A model generated the notes under the pieces. It saw only the letters and a program-made list of their open reading frames with translations. It searched no databases and had not been told where the DNA came from. This document shows, piece by piece, positions 60,927 through 64,000 of a stretch of 64,000 nt of DNA (positions are counted from its first letter, which is position 1; every line of letters begins with the position of its first letter). A program made the position numbers and the translations under genes. The DNA comes from Candidatus Pacearchaeota archaeon (GTDB lineage Archaea; Nanobdellota; Nanobdellia; Pacearchaeales; GW2011-AR1), in assembly GCA_002688415.1 (NCBI GenBank), contig NZCX01000030.1, positions 1,782 to 65,781 of the forward strand, given 5' to 3'.

Positions 60927-62826
60927 TAAAGAAGAAGGATATAGCGCAAAAAACATCAAGGTTCTCGAGGGGCTTACTGCGGTGAGGAAACGTCCTGCGA
61001 TGTACATAGGGTCGACAAACAAGGTAGGTTTACACCATATGATATGGGAAGTTGTAGATAATTCTGTAGACGAACATATGATAGGAGTTTGTACTTTAAT
61101 CAAGGTTATTATCAACAAAGATGGTTCTATGTCAGTTGAAGATAACGGTAGGGGAATGCCTGTGGATCCACACCCGGTTTACAAAGTCCCTGCAATGGAA
61201 ATAATTGTGACAAAACTTCATGCAGGAGGAAAATTTGATGGAAAAGCCTATGCGGTTTCTGGTGGTTTACATGGAGTAGGAATTTCGGTAGTAGCAGCCT
61301 TATCAAAACACATGGAAGTTGAAGTAAGAAAAGATGGAACCATTTACAAGCAAACTTACAAGATCGGGATTCCATCATCAAAGGTTGAAAAGATAGGAAA
61401 ATACAAAGGAAAAGAAAATGGAACGAAAGTTACATTCTATCCAGACGATGAAATATTCTCAACAACAGACTTCGATTACAAAACAATGTCAACAAGATTT
61501 AGGGAAATGTGCTTCCTAAACGCTGGAATGAAAATAGTATTAGAAGACCATAGGGGAGAAAACGTAAAGAAAGAAGAATTCTGCTACGAAGGAGGACTTC
61601 AGGAATTTGTAAAGTGGTTGAACAAAACAAGAAAACCAATACATCAAAAAGTAATTTACTTCAAGAAACAAGAGGGTTCAACAATAGCAGAAATAGCAAT
61701 ACAATATACAGATTCATATAATGAAAACATTCAAGGTTTCGTTAACACTATCAATACAATAGAGGGAGGAACACATGTTGTTGGACTAAAAAGCGCATTA
61801 ACAAGAGTCATAAACGATTATGGGACAAAGAAAGGAAGCCTAAAGAAAGGACAAAAGCTAAGTGGAGATGACGCAAGGGAGGGAATAACAGCAATCATAT
61901 CATTAAAGCTTGCAGAGCCACAGTTCGAAGGTCAAACAAAAACAAAATTAGGAAACGGAGAGGTTAAGGGACTAATAGATTCAATGGCTAGCTCTGCATT
62001 ATCAGAATTCTTTGAAGAAAATCCTAGCGTAGCAAAATCAATTATCAATAAAACTTTAGCAGCACTAAAAGCAAGGGAAGCAGCAAAGAAAGCAAAAGAC
62101 CTTGTTCGTAGAAAAAATGCATTAACGGGTGGAGGTTTGCCAGGAAAGTTAGCAGATTGTTCAAGCAAGAAAACAGAGAACACAGAATTGTATGTTGTAG
62201 AGGGAGATTCAGCTGGCGGAACCGCAAAAAGTGGAAGAGATAGAGAAACTCAGGCGATTCTTCCATTGAGAGGTAAAATACTTAATGTTGAAAAGTCTAG
62301 TCCATCAAGAGCACTGGGTAGCGAGATGATTTCTAACTTGGTAACTGCAATAGGGTGCGGAGTAGGAGAACATTTTGACATTTCAAAGCTTCGTTATAAC
62401 AAGATTATAATCATGACAGACGCAGATGTTGATGGTGCGCACATAAAGACACTTCTATTGACATTCTTCTTCAGATATATGCCCCAATTAGTAGAGGCAG
62501 GACATATTTTTGTAGCAGTAGCACCGTTCTATAGCGTTAAGAAAAATGGAAAAATTCATTACATGTATAATAACGAAGAATTGAAACAAAAGAAAAAAGA
62601 ATTAGGAGAGAACATAGAAGTTGGAAGATTCAAGGGTCTTGGTGAAATGAATGATGAACAGTTATGGAATACAACTATGAATCCAAAGACTAGAAGATTA
62701 AAGCAAATAGAAATTGAAGACGGTGTTGAGGCAGACGAAACTTTCAGCTTACTAATGGGAGACGCAGTTGCTCCGAGAAGACAATTCATCGAAGAAAATG
62801 CGGAGAAGGCGGAGGTTGATTTGTAA
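60919..62826 (+). CDS. gyrB: DNA gyrase subunit B
   Basis: YSAKNIKVLEGLTAVRKRPAMYIGST, GGLHGVG, Toprim EGDSAGG and PLRGKILNVEK, IMTDADVDGAHI. Confidence 0.95.
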   Translation: MSNKEEGYSAKNIKVLEGLTAVRKRPAMYIGSTNKVGLHHMIWEVVDNSVDEHMIGVCTLIKVIINKDGSMSVEDNGRGMPVDPHPVYKVPAMEIIVTKLHAGGKFDGKAYAVSGGLHGVGISVVAALSKHMEVEVRKDGTIYKQTYKIGIPSSKVEKIGKYKGKENGTKVTFYPDDEIFSTTDFDYKTMSTRFREMCFLNAGMKIVLEDHRGENVKKEEFCYEGGLQEFVKWLNKTRKPIHQKVIYFKKQEGSTIAEIAIQYTDSYNENIQGFVNTINTIEGGTHVVGLKSALTRVINDYGTKKGSLKKGQKLSGDDAREGITAIISLKLAEPQFEGQTKTKLGNGEVKGLIDSMASSALSEFFEENPSVAKSIINKTLAALKAREAAKKAKDLVRRKNALTGGGLPGKLADCSSKKTENTELYVVEGDSAGGTAKSGRDRETQAILPLRGKILNVEKSSPSRALGSEMISNLVTAIGCGVGEHFDISKLRYNKIIIMTDADVDGAHIKTLLLTFFFRYMPQLVEAGHIFVAVAPFYSVKKNGKIHYMYNNEELKQKKKELGENIEVGRFKGLGEMNDEQLWNTTMNPKTRRLKQIEIEDGVEADETFSLLMGDAVAPRRQFIEENAEKAEVDL

Positions 62827-63011
62827 TGACAGGTGGCTTACCAACTCCAGAAAGTGTAAGGATGGCCTCTGGACAGTTGGCAGAACTACTCGAGTTTTTT
62901 GTTGAAACGGAGGATACTACTTATCGCTTGAAAAGCGGAGATGACACTAAGGGTATTATGATCCATTCACCCTATGTAATCAATCAAGCACCAGTGGGGA
63001 GGAACAACTAA
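62826..63011 (+). CDS. Hypothetical small protein (61 aa) between gyrB and gyrA
   Basis: The ATG overlaps the gyrB stop (TAATG). No motif recognised. Confidence 0.4.
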   Translation: MTGGLPTPESVRMASGQLAELLEFFVETEDTTYRLKSGDDTKGIMIHSPYVINQAPVGRNN

Positions 63012-63012
63012 G

Positions 63013-63416
63013 ATGGAAGAATGTATTTTTTGTAAAATTGCGAATGGAGAAGTTGATCACGCAAGAATTTGGGAAAATGAAAAATATGTCGCATTTCTAG
63101 ATGTAAACCAGGCCGTTAAGGGACAAGCTCTAGTTGTTCCAAAAGAACACTTAGAAAGCAACATATATGAAAACAGAGAAGAAGATATCTCTGAAGCAAT
63201 GCTTGCAGCAAAAGAAGTTGCTAAACTTTTACAGAAGAAATTAAATGCAGAAAGAGTTCTAACAATCATTGAAGGTCTAGAAGTCAACCATTTACATATA
63301 AAACTATACCCGTATAAAAAAGAGAAAGACGAAGATTTCCCAGGATACAAATTTATAGGCGGAAAAGACAGAACGCCACAAGAGCTTCATGAAATAAAGA
63401 AGGAGATTCTAGAATA

Positions 63417-63417
<1 letters not shown>
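63013..63417 (+). CDS. HIT (histidine triad) family hydrolase with variant triad
   Basis: CIFCKI N-terminus, PKEH, and a triad region NHLHIKLYP (H-x-H-x-K rather than H-x-H-x-H). Confidence 0.75.

Positions 63418-64000
<583 letters not shown>

Overview
AT-rich, tightly packed archaeal chromosome segment. The gene content fits a small, reduced (DPANN-like) archaeon; that lineage call is inference from content only. Housekeeping genes dominate: r-proteins L35Ae, L10e, S24e, S27ae, L7Ae, S28e and L24e; Rpo7 and Spt4; a TFS-like factor; IleRS, ArgRS and HisRS; ABCE1; FtsZ; SMC and ScpA; RNase HII; GyrB and the start of GyrA; PEP synthase; and four tRNAs (Val, Leu, initiator Met, His). No rRNA, CRISPR array, transposase or integrase was seen. 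Over 30 start codons lie exactly 29 nt downstream of an 8-nt TATA-like element, which implies leaderless transcripts; I used this spacing to re-evaluate starts and small ORFs. Main items for a second look: (1) the SMC has canonical heads but no hinge, and a Rad50-style CPTC pair sits at the exact midpoint of its coiled coil; (2) a 3.5-kb insertion at the smc stop codon is bracketed by two 84-bp copies of the smc 3' end that differ only synonymously; (3) a small ORF, a CbbQ/NorQ-type AAA+ ATPase and a 1180-aa CbbO/NorD-type VWA protein form a triad with no obvious client; (4) a four-gene minus-strand cluster of unknown function; (5) a K-turn-like hairpin at the predicted 5' end of the L7Ae mRNA; (6) extra ORFs inside the L7Ae-S28e-L24e operon and between gyrB and gyrA; (7) three free-standing LAGLIDADG genes abutting tRNA, rnhB and gyrB; (8) a bacterial-style RRM gene. 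All functional calls rest on motifs read by eye; no searches were run.
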